64,000 bases of DNA from Salisapilia sapeloensis CBS 127946 (GCA_023334545.1 JAADVB010000082.1:5014-69013); one strand, 5' to 3'; numbered from the stretch's first letter, positions 1 through 11,773 are shown. The notes: generated by a model not told the origin, from the sequence alone. Program-made: numbers and translations.

Positions 1-678
1 ATCGTAAAGGATGATGTTCGTCGTGCAACCATTTGCGCCGAGTGCAGCAAGCGTTTCAATCCGCTACGAAAGCGATATCCGTGCTACTTGTGTCACGATG
101 TCTTGTGTGCGAACTGCGGTGTCAACCGTCGGAGCATCGATGTTGTCCCTCGGCTAAAGGCCGTGCGACGACAGATCAAGATGTGTCGCCGGTGCATGCT
201 CCGAGTTTCCCAGGAAAGCACGTTTCGAGTGGCGAGGCAAGAGGTGCTCGCTGGTAGGTACGAGAACAGGGAAGGAACGACTCTCGTCTACCGGTCGGGC
301 TTCCAATGGAGCGATGATGACGGCTCAGCCAGTATGAGTGATCGCAGCTCATGTGAAGGAGAGCTCATCGACCTGGGTAAGATGTCGCTGAGCTCGGTAG
401 CGTCGACGCCGTTGGGTAGCTTTGTGAACCTTGCGACACCGAGCTCGACGTCGAGTGGCCGGAGCTTCAATGATCCTTCGGCTAGCATGGGCTTCTCGGA
501 CGACGAAGAATGGGACAAGATCATTGCCGAGGCGAATCACTTGGACATTGTGGAGGGGGAGCAGATAGCCATGTCGGATGACAGCAAGCGTCAGAAGGCT
601 TGGGTCAAGATGACGGAGAAGCGCATTGCCGCTGGCGCCCAGACTACCGTTGAGGAGGAAAAGTCCGCGAGTAAGTAG
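1..678 (+). CDS. START-FYVE family protein, 3' part (5' end outside window): divergent FYVE-type zinc finger plus acidic tail
   Basis: Frame 1 is open from base 1 (IVKDDVRRATICAECSKRFNPLRKRYPCYLCHDVLCANC...KMCRRC) to TAG at 676-678. It closely matches the FYVE exon of the START-FYVE paralog at 7311-9034. Confidence 0.85.
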   Translation: MVKDDVRRATICAECSKRFNPLRKRYPCYLCHDVLCANCGVNRRSIDVVPRLKAVRRQIKMCRRCMLRVSQESTFRVARQEVLAGRYENREGTTLVYRSGFQWSDDDGSASMSDRSSCEGELIDLGKMSLSSVASTPLGSFVNLATPSSTSSGRSFNDPSASMGFSDDEEWDKIIAEANHLDIVEGEQIAMSDDSKRQKAWVKMTEKRIAAGAQTTVEEEKSASK

Positions 679-1163
679 CAATGTGAAAAGTCTTTACATG
701 TCCAGTGGTGCCAAAACATCACGTTGTTAAATCTGCATCTAGTCCTAGATCGAGACTAGTAGATTGAAAAATGAATCCGACGTTGTATTTGTGTCTTTTA
801 TGATGAAAGGAGCTCTTCGCTTGTAGAAAACCGTCCCGCCTTCACTTAATATCGACAACTGATGCTAGAATGACAGAAGTTTCTAACATGATCGAGTACT
901 CCAACTTTCCTGGCAGATAAGTATCGACCGATCTATTCCATTTTGATCGAATACGGGATAGTGAATCGCATCCGGTGGTAGCATACAGTGCCACTACTCG
1001 ACGATAGACAGATACCGGATGGGAAGACCGATGTAATGGTCGGAATAAAGCATCTGGATACGATGGACTCGAACTATTTCGCTCAAACTTGCACCGGCGA
1101 CAAGGGCTTTGAGGAGGATAGATAGACCGCCCTTAGTTCGAAATTTCTCCAGGAAGTGTCAAT

Positions 1164-2846
1164 ATGCAGTGGACGTCGAACGCGTTTCCACCTACGGAGC
1201 TTTCGCCTCGGCAGATTGCGGACTGCAAACGAATTGCGATGGGACTTGTTTTAGATACGCTACGGGACTACGATGTGGTATGTAGCAAAGCACTTAAAAG
1301 ACTTTCATTCTTGTCTTCTTGATCTAATCCTATCTAGTTTGACAAGACTGTTCCGCGGGAATTTGACAGTACGTCTTGTGGGTAGCTATCCATGTCATCT
1401 ACGTCTAACCTCAAGTCCCTTTGTAGAGGATTATTGGAAGCCTGTGCGTTCGAAGGAGAATTTGACAGTGTATCGCAAGCGCAAGCAGAAACACTTCCAA
1501 AGGCTCCAGTCGCGAGGAGTGGAGGGTGAATGGGAGAAACCTCGATTGCTCGTGGGTAACGGGACAATGAATGCGACGCTAGACGAGGTCATGCACGCGT
1601 TATGCGCTCCTGACGACGCTGCATTCATGCACCTCATAGCGTACTCGAATGTTGACATTGTCGATGGGCAGACGCTGGCCGTGATGGAGAAACCAACACC
1701 GGATCAGCCGTTTCATATGCTCAAGTTGCAGTGGATTTTAAACGTACCACCAGGTCCGCTACGGGGTGTGGTCAAGCCACGAGATCTGGTCTACATCTAC
1801 GCCTCGGGTATCATCCGCCGCGACAATGATGAAGACATAGGCTACTTGCTCTCTCACTCGATTGATCTACCATCGCTTGGGAGCTTATCATCTCGCGGCT
1901 TCATTCGCTCTCGCTTGTCCTCCTGCGCGCTATTCAAGCATACAGGCCCAAACACCGTCGACGTATATATGAAAGCATATTTTGAAGCCATGGGTAAAGT
2001 CCTCGATAGTGTTTCCATGGTAAGTTCCGACATCTATTATGCAGCTATCTCGCAGTATAATGTGTATCGTAGCTTGTCGTCGCCAATGCACTACTATTAT
2101 GCTGGAATGCAACTGAATGTGCAAATCAAAAGAAGCTGGCGTGGCTACTAAAGCAGCAAGGTGCGAATCGAAGGAGTGGAAATTTGGGCACTGCTACATA
2201 CTGTACAATATGCAAGAAGACGTTTGGCGCACTTCGGAAGCGGAAAGATTGTGCAATGTGTACACTTCCGATGTGCTTGAGCTGTGGTATAACTCGAGAG
2301 CAATATGATATAGCGTCCGAACTGCGTCTTCGAAAGAAAATGGTGACACTTTGTGCCCAATGCAAGGTGGCAATTCAACATGAAAGTTCGTATAAAGTAG
2401 CGAGGGAAGAGGTCGCTGCTGGACGCTTCGCTACAGGCTCGGGAGCCAACACCGTGCCTCTCTTGGAGTCGAATGTGAGGTATAGTTACGAAAATTCGTT
2501 ACTAGAAGTTGGTACAGGCATGGATGCAACGCTATCGCTAGCAGCTTCGACAGCGCCGATGGCAATGGGGAGCTTGACAAGTCTAACGATGTCACACGAT
2601 GAGCAGACGAGTCAATCGACACCACATGGCAGTATTTCTTTATCGAGTTTACTTTTCGACGCATCCGAGCCTGGAGACGGCAGTGATGATGAGGAATGGA
2701 CTCGGGTCGTGGACGAGATCAAGCGCACATCCACTGATGAGTCAGGCGACCTGCACGATGCACAACGGCAGATCGCTTGGATCACCATGACAAAGGAACG
2801 ACTTGCACCCAAAAGCGAGCCAGAGACATCTTCGATTCCAGAGTAG
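1164..2846 (+). CDS. START (lipid-binding)-FYVE protein, 4 exons
   Basis: Hand-spliced exons 1164-1277, 1338-1368, 1427-2019, 2073-2846 with GT..AG introns of 60, 58 and 53 nt. Translation MQWTSNAFPPTELSPRQIADCKRIAMGLVLDTLRDYDV..YWKPVRSKENLTVY..KPRDLVYI..GYLLSHSIDLP..WNATECANQKKLAW..CTICKKTFGALRKRKDCAMC aligns with the neighbouring paralogs. Confidence 0.85.
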
Positions 2847-2919
2847 ACAATGAAATAAAGTACCAGTTTCCAGCAATTATCTATCCTCCCTTCATACCGA
2901 TATCGGCATCGTGGTGGAG

Positions 2920-2961
2920 ATGTAGACCCTCATGATGGATATGTAGACCCTCGTGATGGAT
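2920..2961. repeat. Two-copy 21-nt direct tandem repeat upstream of the glycosyltransferase gene
   Basis: atgtagaccctcatgatggat / atgtagaccctcgtgatggat, 1 mismatch. Confidence 0.9.
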
Positions 2962-3118
2962 ATTTCGACCAACTCGGGCTTTGAACCCATTACGACTGTC
3001 TCACGTGGATTCTTTTCGTTGAACATCGTCCAATCGCTGAATTTTTCCACCTTGAATATCCAATCGACCGACCGTAGGGAGAGACTTCCAGTCCGATTCT
3101 CCGACCAAGCTCAGGAGG

Positions 3119-6100
3119 ATGGAGAGAAGCCGAGTACAACCGCCTGCCCCCAAGCTATCGATATGTCTACTTGCCGTCGGCTCCATTGCCGACATCCAGC
3201 CCTTCCTCTCGATTGCCATCAAGTTACAACAAGATGGACACAACGTTCGACTCGCCACGCACGATGCCCATCGTGGCCTTGTCGTCAAGCACGGTATTCC
3301 GTTCTACCCCCTCGCTGGTAGTCCAGCCGAAATGGAGGTTGCGAGGGCTCAGTCGAGTGGATATCTAACGCCCATGCCACTCGGCTCGACCGGCGCGACG
3401 TTCTATAAACCGGATAAGAGCTCCTCTAAACGTCGACGGAAGCTCGTCGACGCCATCTTACGGAGCACTTGGCCTGCCGTCTCAGCTGAAGACATTGAGA
3501 CCTTGGAGCCGTTTAGAGCGCAATTAATCGTATCGTCCCCAGAGGCCTTTGGCCATATCCACGTCGCAGAAAAGCTCGGCGTACCACTGCATCTGTTCTC
3601 GGTGCAGCCATCGGTACCGACCTCTGCCTTCCCCCACCCGATCTCGAATCGGCGGCAAGACGTAGCATCGGCTGACCAGCCGTCGACACTAGCGGCATCT
3701 TCCTACTCGACGATTTCAGGCAATTCCTCTCCCGAGTCACGCAAAGCGTCCAACACGGACGTCCTCGTGGGCGAATCTGCGTCTTCCTCTCGCACGAATT
3801 ATTTATCGTACAAGTTCATTGACTTGCTACTATGGCAAGGTCTTCGTAGTCTAGTCAATCGATTCCGGACGGAAGAACTAGGACTAGACGAAGTGCCGAG
3901 AGGAGACTTTGGTCGCAAGATGCTCCAAGTGCTGCAAGTCCCACAGTCATTCATGTGGAGCACGCTCCTCGCGCTACAACCGACCGACTGGGCACCATAC
4001 CAGGAAGTCGTAGGTGTCATCGCCCCCGTCGCCAAAGGAGATGATATCCTTGAAGCGTACGAAGAGCAGGCTCCAGATCAACTAGTCTCTTTCCTAGACA
4101 CCCACGAACCTCCCATCCTCGTCGATTTCTCTGCTATTCATGTCAAACACCCTGAATCGACGATCAAAATGGTTGTTGATGCAGCTACTGAAATAAATAA
4201 TCTACCTCTCGTCATCTCGCTCTCGACGTCCACAAGCATAAGTGGACATCACCCAGATCACGTCTGTGTCGTCTACTTAACAGACGCCCAACGGACGTGG
4301 CTACTATCTAAAGTCTCGGGCGTCGTGCATCCAGGTCTCGGCGCAGAGTCCTGCGCATGCCTCGTGGCTGGGAAGCCAGAGTTTACCGTGCCGCTTATGG
4401 GCGATCAACCGTTCTGGGGCTGTGCCATCGCTAAAGCCGGCGCTGGCGTTACTCCCACGGCCTTCTCCAAGCTCACGGCCAAGAGGCTCGCACAAGCATT
4501 CGATCGTCTAACGAGCTCGACGATCCAAGCCACGGCCGAAGCTCTATCCGATGAGCTTCAGATGGAAGGATCCATCCATCACGCCGTCAAGAGCGTGTAC
4601 CACCACCTCCCTCTCGATCGCATGTATTGCGACAATGGCTGTCGACGTGTAGCGACGCGATGGAGTCCGAACGATAAGCGTAAGCTGTGCGATACATGTG
4701 AGGAGACGGAAGCCACACGTAAGGGACGTAGGAGACAGGACGTCCAGCCGTGTCGCTACGTGGACTACGCTTCTCCTACCTCTGTCACGTCGACGTGGAA
4801 AGGTGTCGCTGTGGGTACAGGAGCACTCTTCCAGGAGATCGGAGGAGGCGTCAAAGACCTCGTGATGATGCCAGCGCATGGGTATCGCGATGAAGGTCTT
4901 AAAGGCGCAACGTCTGGACTTGTCAAAGGTGTCGGCGAGTTCTTCAAGCGTCCGGTCAAAGGCGTCGCGATCATGAAAGGGAGCATCGAGTCCGGCCATC
5001 GCGCAGGGAAGAACAAGTCGGCCGTCGTGGTGGTAAAGGAAGAGAAGAAGAAACTCACGTCCAAGAACGCAGCGAGACGTAGCGACAGTAGCGACGATCT
5101 CATGTTCACTAGCATCGACCCAGCACCTTCGAGTAAACAGCGCGAAGCCATGCAAATGACCTACTTGTCTCTCCTCACAGGCGAAAGCAGTCAGGAGCAG
5201 TCGCGTGGCTTCCAATCCGTCTACGCCATGGGATCATACGCCGAGTCCGAGTCCGAGTCTTCCGTCTCGGAAAAGAGCTTCTTCGATCCGGACGTTGCGC
5301 CACACATGAGCATCTGCATGATCGCCACGGGCGGGTGGGAAGAGAACGTCCAACAGTTTGTAGCAGTAGGTAAACGATTGCAGCAAGACGGCCATCGCGT
5401 TCGAGTAGCGGCGCATGGAGACTGTCGATATCAAGTATTGAAAGCTGGCCTTGAGTTCTATCCGTTGGGTGGAGGCGCCAACACGATCTTTGAGTTTGCT
5501 TACTACGTTGGTCTGAAGCGACTGCGGAAGAACCGCGTCGGATCTTCCAGCGGGCCAGAGCTCTTGAAAGGAACGCAGTACCACGACCTGGCGTCCATGA
5601 AGGCTTTGATCGAGTCACTCTGGCCGGCATGCGTCGCGCCAGACCCGCTCGACCCGACGCAGCCGTTCATGGCCGACGCAATCATCAGTCATCCGCTCCT
5701 ATACGGCCAGACACTCGTCGCGGAACGTCTCGGTGTCCCTATGCACTGCATGGGTGGCTTTCCCTTGACACGCACGAAAGCCTTCCCGCACCTCATGAGC
5801 TCCGACCTGCCGCAGACCAAGCTCTATGCGAACAGCAAGTCGTATGCCGAGACGTATGACTTGATGAACGAGATGGCGTTGGGTGAAATCATCCCGCTCC
5901 TCGATAGTTTCCGCCAGAGTCTGTCGCTCCAAGGTCGGTGCAACTATGACCATTTGCTCGACAAGTGGAATGTCCCGCATTCGTACTTGTATCCAGAGGT
6001 GTTACTACCTCCTCCGAGCGACTGGGATGAGAATATCGTCGTCGCGGGGTATGCCGACCTGCCGGAGACGATTGAAGCGGATGAGGAGGAGATGGTGAGT

Positions 6101-6982
6101 GAGGAAGAAGGACGGATGCTAGAGTTTGTCGAGAGACAGCCGGAGCAGTCGGTCATCTACGTTGGCTTCCAACGAGGCGAGTGGATTGCGAAAGACGTCG
6201 GAGCTTTCCTCCAGACACTCGACCAGGCCGCATCCGCCAGTCAAGTCCAAGTCATCCTGCAGCTCTTTGGCGAAAAGGACGGCGACTCGCCACAAGGACA
6301 AAGCGGCGCGTCGGTGCTCCAGGTACGTCCGACGTTGGACGTCCGTCGGATCCTGCCCTTCGTCCACGCGGCCTTACAGCCTGGAGACATCGCCACGACG
6401 TCGAGGTGTCTCAAGGCTGGTAAACCCATCTGCATCGTCCCGATCACACCTCGAGAACGGTTTTGGGGATTTGCAACCATCCACTCTGGTGCTGGCGTCG
6501 GGATGCTCGAAAGAAGGCAGTTGCTGTCAGCCGAGATGCTGTCCCACGCGTTCGAGCAATTGCTGGATCCTGAACGAGTGGTCAAGGCGGCACAGGTTGG
6601 CGAGAAAATATCCACGTCCGAAGCCGTCGATGCAGCAGCAGCATCATTCTACGCTGCGTTGCCGGTGTCGGCCATGCGCTGCGATGTGGATCCGACGAGA
6701 GTCGCCCGATTCTACGACCCTGTGAACAGGATCAAGATGTCTGGCGCAGCGACAGCAGCTGTGAATGAGCTCGACGGACAGGAATCCAAGCTACTACCTT
6801 ACCAACCGCTCGTCTACTCTCAAGACGAACTCCCTGCGCTCATGCTGGATAAAATCAGTGAGCTCGAGAAGGCTTCGGAGAAACCTGCAGCGGAGAAGAG
6901 GATCGTGCCGCCGTCACCGTCACCATCGCCGACATCTAGGCCCGGCACATTTGGCTTCTTTGGGGCGATGAAAGCCATGTGA
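3119..6982 (+). CDS. Sterol 3-beta-glucosyltransferase-like protein (GT-B fold) with two tandem Glyco_transf_28/UDPGT modules
   Basis: 1287-aa intronless ORF. Module 1: LLAVGSIADIQPF..DGHNVRLATH..GHIHVAEKLGVPLH..GDQPFWG. Module 2: GGWEENVQQF..DGHRVRVAAH..AERLGVPMH..RERFWG. Each module is followed by a C-x2/3-C..C-x2-C / YxP tail typical of the oomycete and fungal family. Confidence 0.85.
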   Translation: MERSRVQPPAPKLSICLLAVGSIADIQPFLSIAIKLQQDGHNVRLATHDAHRGLVVKHGIPFYPLAGSPAEMEVARAQSSGYLTPMPLGSTGATFYKPDKSSSKRRRKLVDAILRSTWPAVSAEDIETLEPFRAQLIVSSPEAFGHIHVAEKLGVPLHLFSVQPSVPTSAFPHPISNRRQDVASADQPSTLAASSYSTISGNSSPESRKASNTDVLVGESASSSRTNYLSYKFIDLLLWQGLRSLVNRFRTEELGLDEVPRGDFGRKMLQVLQVPQSFMWSTLLALQPTDWAPYQEVVGVIAPVAKGDDILEAYEEQAPDQLVSFLDTHEPPILVDFSAIHVKHPESTIKMVVDAATEINNLPLVISLSTSTSISGHHPDHVCVVYLTDAQRTWLLSKVSGVVHPGLGAESCACLVAGKPEFTVPLMGDQPFWGCAIAKAGAGVTPTAFSKLTAKRLAQAFDRLTSSTIQATAEALSDELQMEGSIHHAVKSVYHHLPLDRMYCDNGCRRVATRWSPNDKRKLCDTCEETEATRKGRRRQDVQPCRYVDYASPTSVTSTWKGVAVGTGALFQEIGGGVKDLVMMPAHGYRDEGLKGATSGLVKGVGEFFKRPVKGVAIMKGSIESGHRAGKNKSAVVVVKEEKKKLTSKNAARRSDSSDDLMFTSIDPAPSSKQREAMQMTYLSLLTGESSQEQSRGFQSVYAMGSYAESESESSVSEKSFFDPDVAPHMSICMIATGGWEENVQQFVAVGKRLQQDGHRVRVAAHGDCRYQVLKAGLEFYPLGGGANTIFEFAYYVGLKRLRKNRVGSSSGPELLKGTQYHDLASMKALIESLWPACVAPDPLDPTQPFMADAIISHPLLYGQTLVAERLGVPMHCMGGFPLTRTKAFPHLMSSDLPQTKLYANSKSYAETYDLMNEMALGEIIPLLDSFRQSLSLQGRCNYDHLLDKWNVPHSYLYPEVLLPPPSDWDENIVVAGYADLPETIEADEEEMVSEEEGRMLEFVERQPEQSVIYVGFQRGEWIAKDVGAFLQTLDQAASASQVQVILQLFGEKDGDSPQGQSGASVLQVRPTLDVRRILPFVHAALQPGDIATTSRCLKAGKPICIVPITPRERFWGFATIHSGAGVGMLERRQLLSAEMLSHAFEQLLDPERVVKAAQVGEKISTSEAVDAAAASFYAALPVSAMRCDVDPTRVARFYDPVNRIKMSGAATAAVNELDGQESKLLPYQPLVYSQDELPALMLDKISELEKASEKPAAEKRIVPPSPSPSPTSRPGTFGFFGAMKAM

Positions 6983-7310
6983 GCGCACTCGTCTGCACAA
7001 GCTGAGGTGCATACGTACATGTAAGAAAAGAAAATATACGAAGTTTCTGCTTTCATTGTCCGAGTCGAGTGGTAACCTAGGCAAGTATGATGTACTCGTA
7101 TGCATGAATTCACATAGTTCAACACAGTCGTGCTTATTCAATTTTAATTTTAATTTCAAATTTGTTAATGTAGAATCAATCTTCCTCGGCATTTTTCTCC
7201 TCACGAGTGGTGTGGACCCCTGCGACAATTTGTTTCTAGTTCATCTACCGTCACGCCTTGTGGCGCATGCTATCATCCAATGTCGCCCTCGCCTCCGCTC
7301 TTAAAATATC

Positions 7311-9034
7311 TCAATGACTCAGTTTCGAAATCATCCCATCCCAGTCTTCGTCATCCGACATGTCCAAGCTGCTCGAACGGCCGTTTAGACTCCGACAGCT
7401 TGTCGTTGAGGTAGGAGTTGCAAGGTTTATAAAGCTGCCCCATCGCGTCGAAGCTACCGAACTCAGCGACATCTTGCCTAGATCGATGAACTCTCCTGCG
7501 CACAAACTACGCTCGGTCAAATCGAACGAGCCATCGTCTTCGCTCCATTGGATAGCCGACCGGTAGACGAGAGTCGTTCCTTCCTTGTTGTCGTACCTAC
7601 CAGCCATTACCTCTTGTCTTGCCACTTGAAACGTGCTTTCCTGGGAAACTCGGAGCATGCACCGACGGCACATCTTAATCTGCCTTCGCACGGCTTTCAG
7701 TCGAGGGATAATGTCGATGCTTCGGCGATCGACACCGCAGTTCGAACACAGGACTACACTGCACAAGTGGCAGAAGTATCGCTTTCGCAAAGGATTGAAC
7801 CGCTTGTCACACTGAGCACACACGGTCGCACGACGAATGTTATTCATCGCGACTAAGCTGTTCGACTCGTACTCGCGCTGCAACTGCATCAACCATGAGA
7901 TCTTCCGATGGTATGACAGTTCCGAGGCTGTGCGGCTTAACAAGAGTCCATTTGCCGTCACTAATCATAGTAAAAGATATAAGTATACGTAAAAATATAC
8001 TTGACATAGAAATAGGATACCTTTGTTGGCGACCGAGTTCATCACGCGGCCGAACGACTCGTAGTATCCCTTCATGTAGACGTCTACCTTGCGCCCCGCG
8101 ACCTCTTTAAAGATCATCGACTGCGAGAGTCGAGCGCGGACGATGCCAGAGGTCCTTTGCTGGGAAGGCGCCTCCGGCAAGTCTAGGCTATGGTACAAGT
8201 GATATCCAATGCGCTCATTCTCGCCTCTCCATAATACACCAGTCGCGACGATGACGACCAGGTCACGTGGCTTGACCATGCCACGGATGGGAGCAGGCAA
8301 TATCATCTCGTTCACTGTCATCTGGAGGGTCAGGCTGCGGTAAGGCTGGTCCGGTGTGGGTTTCTCGATCGCAGCAAGAAGCTGTCCGTCCACCATGCGA
8401 ACCGACGCGAAGGCCGAACATTGCATCAACTGTGCCTCATCCGGTGTCATCGTCCCATACATAACGTCGTCAAGTGTGCCTGGGATTGACCCTGTGCCCA
8501 CGAGCTGTCGCGGCATCTGCCACTCGGTAGCGCTACTGTTGCCGGCCAAGTTACCACCCCAACCATGCGCTCTGGCAACCTGGGCAACCTTTGTAGCTGT
8601 CGAATGCGTGCGCTCTGTGTAGATGGTGAGTGCGTCGCGAGTGCGCACCGGCTTCCAATGCCTTTGGTCTAAGGATCGAGGACTGGTGCGGTTGTACTAT
8701 TGTCACAGGTAGAATCACGTTAGTGTATTGTCGTAGGAGTAGAAGTATATTATTGGATGGAGGATGATAAGGAGACTTTCTTTCGCCTTCTACAACCTGA
8801 TATATATGTATATCATGCATTAGACCGCATTGCCACATCGGACAGCTTGGACATGCAAGCGACTGAGGATGGCTTCGGGTCGACAAAGAAACAAACAGAT
8901 GTATGAAGTACCTTATCGTAGTCGACAAGCGTGTCCTGGACGAGTCCTCTAGCGATGCGCTTGGCGGAGAGCTTTTGCTCTTCCGTGAGCTCGATCGGTG
9001 CAAATGTGTCCGCCTTCCAGTGCTTGACTGTCAT
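7311..9034 (-). CDS. START-FYVE protein, 3 exons
   Basis: Exons 9034-8912, 8696-8021, 7960-7311 with GT..AG introns of 215 and 60 nt. MTVKHWKADTFAPIELTEEQK..HWKPVRTRDALTIY..KPRDLVVI..GYHLYHSLDLP..CAQCDKRFNPLRKRYFCHLC. Confidence 0.85.
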
Positions 9035-9805
9035 CTTGTTCGTCTTGGGCGGAAGATTTTATAATGTCTAGACCAGGTTCCGCTTCACTAGAGCAAAATA
9101 GGATGATGGAAGGGAGTGTTCAGTGGTTGTCAAGTCGAGCCTACTTGCCACAACGTGGAGCGTAATATCCACTCGAGATAGCCTTGGTATCTCAGCTCGA
9201 AAATTTCCGTCATAAACAGCAGTCCTCGAGGACACGAGTGCTATCTCAAGTACCTCCGATTACTGATATCTGATTCCGCTGGTCGTAAGCCTACAAAAGT
9301 ACCGGTACGAAGCGACAGATCTCTGTATCTATTCACCAGTAATTTCAGTTAATACCCGTGGGTTACATAGATTTTCGCAGTAATATGAGCCACTTCGCAC
9401 ACCTTTTCAAGAGTACAATGCTCGCTGTAAACTCTCAACTGGTCTGTTTCGGCGCTTCAATTCAAGTCGACCATTTTCGAAGCATGTATCTTTAGTAACC
9501 TAGTAACCTTCTACCTAGAAAAAATAAATCAAGCTAGAGGGGAAGTTTAGACTGCTCCTCTCATTCTCTGTACCTTAGAACCTTCATGCACTCTGCTTAC
9601 TGCAACATCTTCTCAAGATTATGGTCACAAGCGCTCAACAAAGTTTCGATTCTTGCGCAAGGGGGTACGTTTGACGAGGTCACTTCAGCTAAAACATTGC
9701 GCCACTGGATATGATCACAGTTGGTAGAGATAAAGATATGGTTTATACACGCATAGCCGGTCTTTATTTGACTCCATAATGCAACTGCTTACTTTCCATC
9801 CTGCT

Positions 9806-11420
9806 TTACTTGCTCTCTGCTCCAACTGGTGATAGCTGGATCGCGCTCCCAGTTGCCGCGACTCGTCGTTTCGTCATTTCATGCCAGGCATATTCCCTCA
9901 ATTGACTTGTAGCACTGAAATCTTCCGGCGTGTACGAACCTAGGTCTCGCCAGCTCCCCACATCGGCGGCGTCCTCATTGACAAACTCTGGTGGCTCGAC
10001 CTCCCATTCGCTCATGTCCGCCGCGGACACTGAATCGCTCGAAGAGATGCTTTGATCCGTTTTGTATGCACTAGCATCGCTCTTTGTCTCGCTCGTCCGA
10101 GACACCGTCTCCGCCTCCCACGGTTCACTTATGTCGTCTTCCATCACCTCATGACGAGCCACGACAAAGGCGCTGTAGTTGCACACTTTATCCATACACG
10201 GGCCGCACGTCGTGCTAGTTGACTTCTGGAGCTTATTACCACGAACTATACGGTAGTGCGTGTCGCACTTACGGCATGCGCTGCAGAGAGGAGTCTCACA
10301 CAAGTTACATGTCACCAGCTTTGTGATGAGTCCACCAGCCTTGAAGCAGGTTCCGCACGCGCCTGAAATCACCTCAACGTTGCCATCCGATGCAAGGCCA
10401 TCATCTCCTTGGCGCTTGTTCCCTTCTTCCTGCTGCTGCTGGATGAGATAGTCGAGCTTCTTATGGTTGGCGATCATCACGGCGTTCCAGCTCACGAGAA
10501 ACGTTCTCGCCATCACGCGGAGCATTACCGTAGTTAGGAGCTGCCCAAAGTCTTCCACATAGCCTTTGATGTAGACGCTAACCTTGCTGCCTTCTTGCTT
10601 GAACAGGTAGCAGGTCGATGAGCGCATGCGGAGAATACCTTTGTCCTCATTGCTGCACTCTGGGAAATCGAGACTGTGGAAGAGCTGGTACCCGATACGC
10701 TCTCCATTTTTCCGTTCGATGATCCCTGTGCTGTCCAAGGCGAGAACGTCTCGAAGCTTGGCTATCTTCGTGAATTTACCTGCGGGTGCAGACAGAAACC
10801 ACTTGAGTGCGAGTAAGTGGTAAGGCCGTTCGGGCGTCGGTGCCTCAATTATCTTGAGAACCCTCGAGTCCGCCACATTTGCTTTCATGTAGGCGTTCTT
10901 GAGCAGCATCTTCTGCATCGAGGGTGAAGTCATGCCGAGCATCACGTCGTCTACTGTGCCGTCCACTACGCATAGTACACAAATTATCAGCAGATAGAAC
11001 GTAGTCATGGAGTACTCCAGAGTGGCATTTTTATAAGCAATTAGCTCAAGGGCAGAGAACCCCACGAAAAGACCACTTAAGTCATAAATTGAAAATCAAA
11101 TTACCTTCGCCCAGACCGATGATGGCTTTGGGAAGACTCCATTGATTCGTGCTGGTACTGGAGTCAGACGAAAGTTGCGAGTCTTCGTCTGTGGTAATGG
11201 CTTCCCGAGATGGATAGCGCTCTTTGTAGGCAGTGAGCGTCTTGCGCCGCTCGATGACCTTCCAGTGCTTTGGATCGAGCTCATTCATGCCAGTCTCATC
11301 GTATTCACGCAAAACATCCCGAACCAGGCTTGTCGCAAGTGCCTTGATCCTAGCGGCGCCCTCAGACGTGATCTCCGGCGCCACGGGTTCATACTTGCCG
11401 CTCCAATACATCCCACGCAT
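9806..11420 (-). CDS. START-FYVE protein, 2 exons
   Basis: Exons 11420-11105 and 10965-9806 (intron 11104-10966). MRGMYWSGKYEPVAPEIT..HWKVIERRKTLTAY..DGTVDDVMLG..KLRDVLALD..GYQLFHSLDFPE..CGTCFKAGG..CNLCETPLCSAC. Confidence 0.8.
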
Positions 11421-11773
11421 TTGATCTCTATGGGGCACTGAACCTAGAGAAGTGCCAAGAGAGCATATCGGCTTCTGATTACGTCCGTACGACCAACACG
11501 ATGGTAGGCACGCCATGATTCAACAAGCTGCTTAGAAGCTTCGACCAAGTACCTCCACTTGGCAAAACTTTACGTCTTTTGGTCTATCAGCACCACCTAC
11601 GCTATAGTCGTAAACTCTACTTCAAACCTACTTGCTTCTCAATCCTACAAGTGCATTTCACCGTTAATTGAGGTGACGAACTTCGAACTCGATACCGTAG
11701 CCTTACAATCGACAAAAGTACTCTACCTCTTTTAACAACAAAGACAATTTCTAATTTTAGTCATTTGAGTCAA

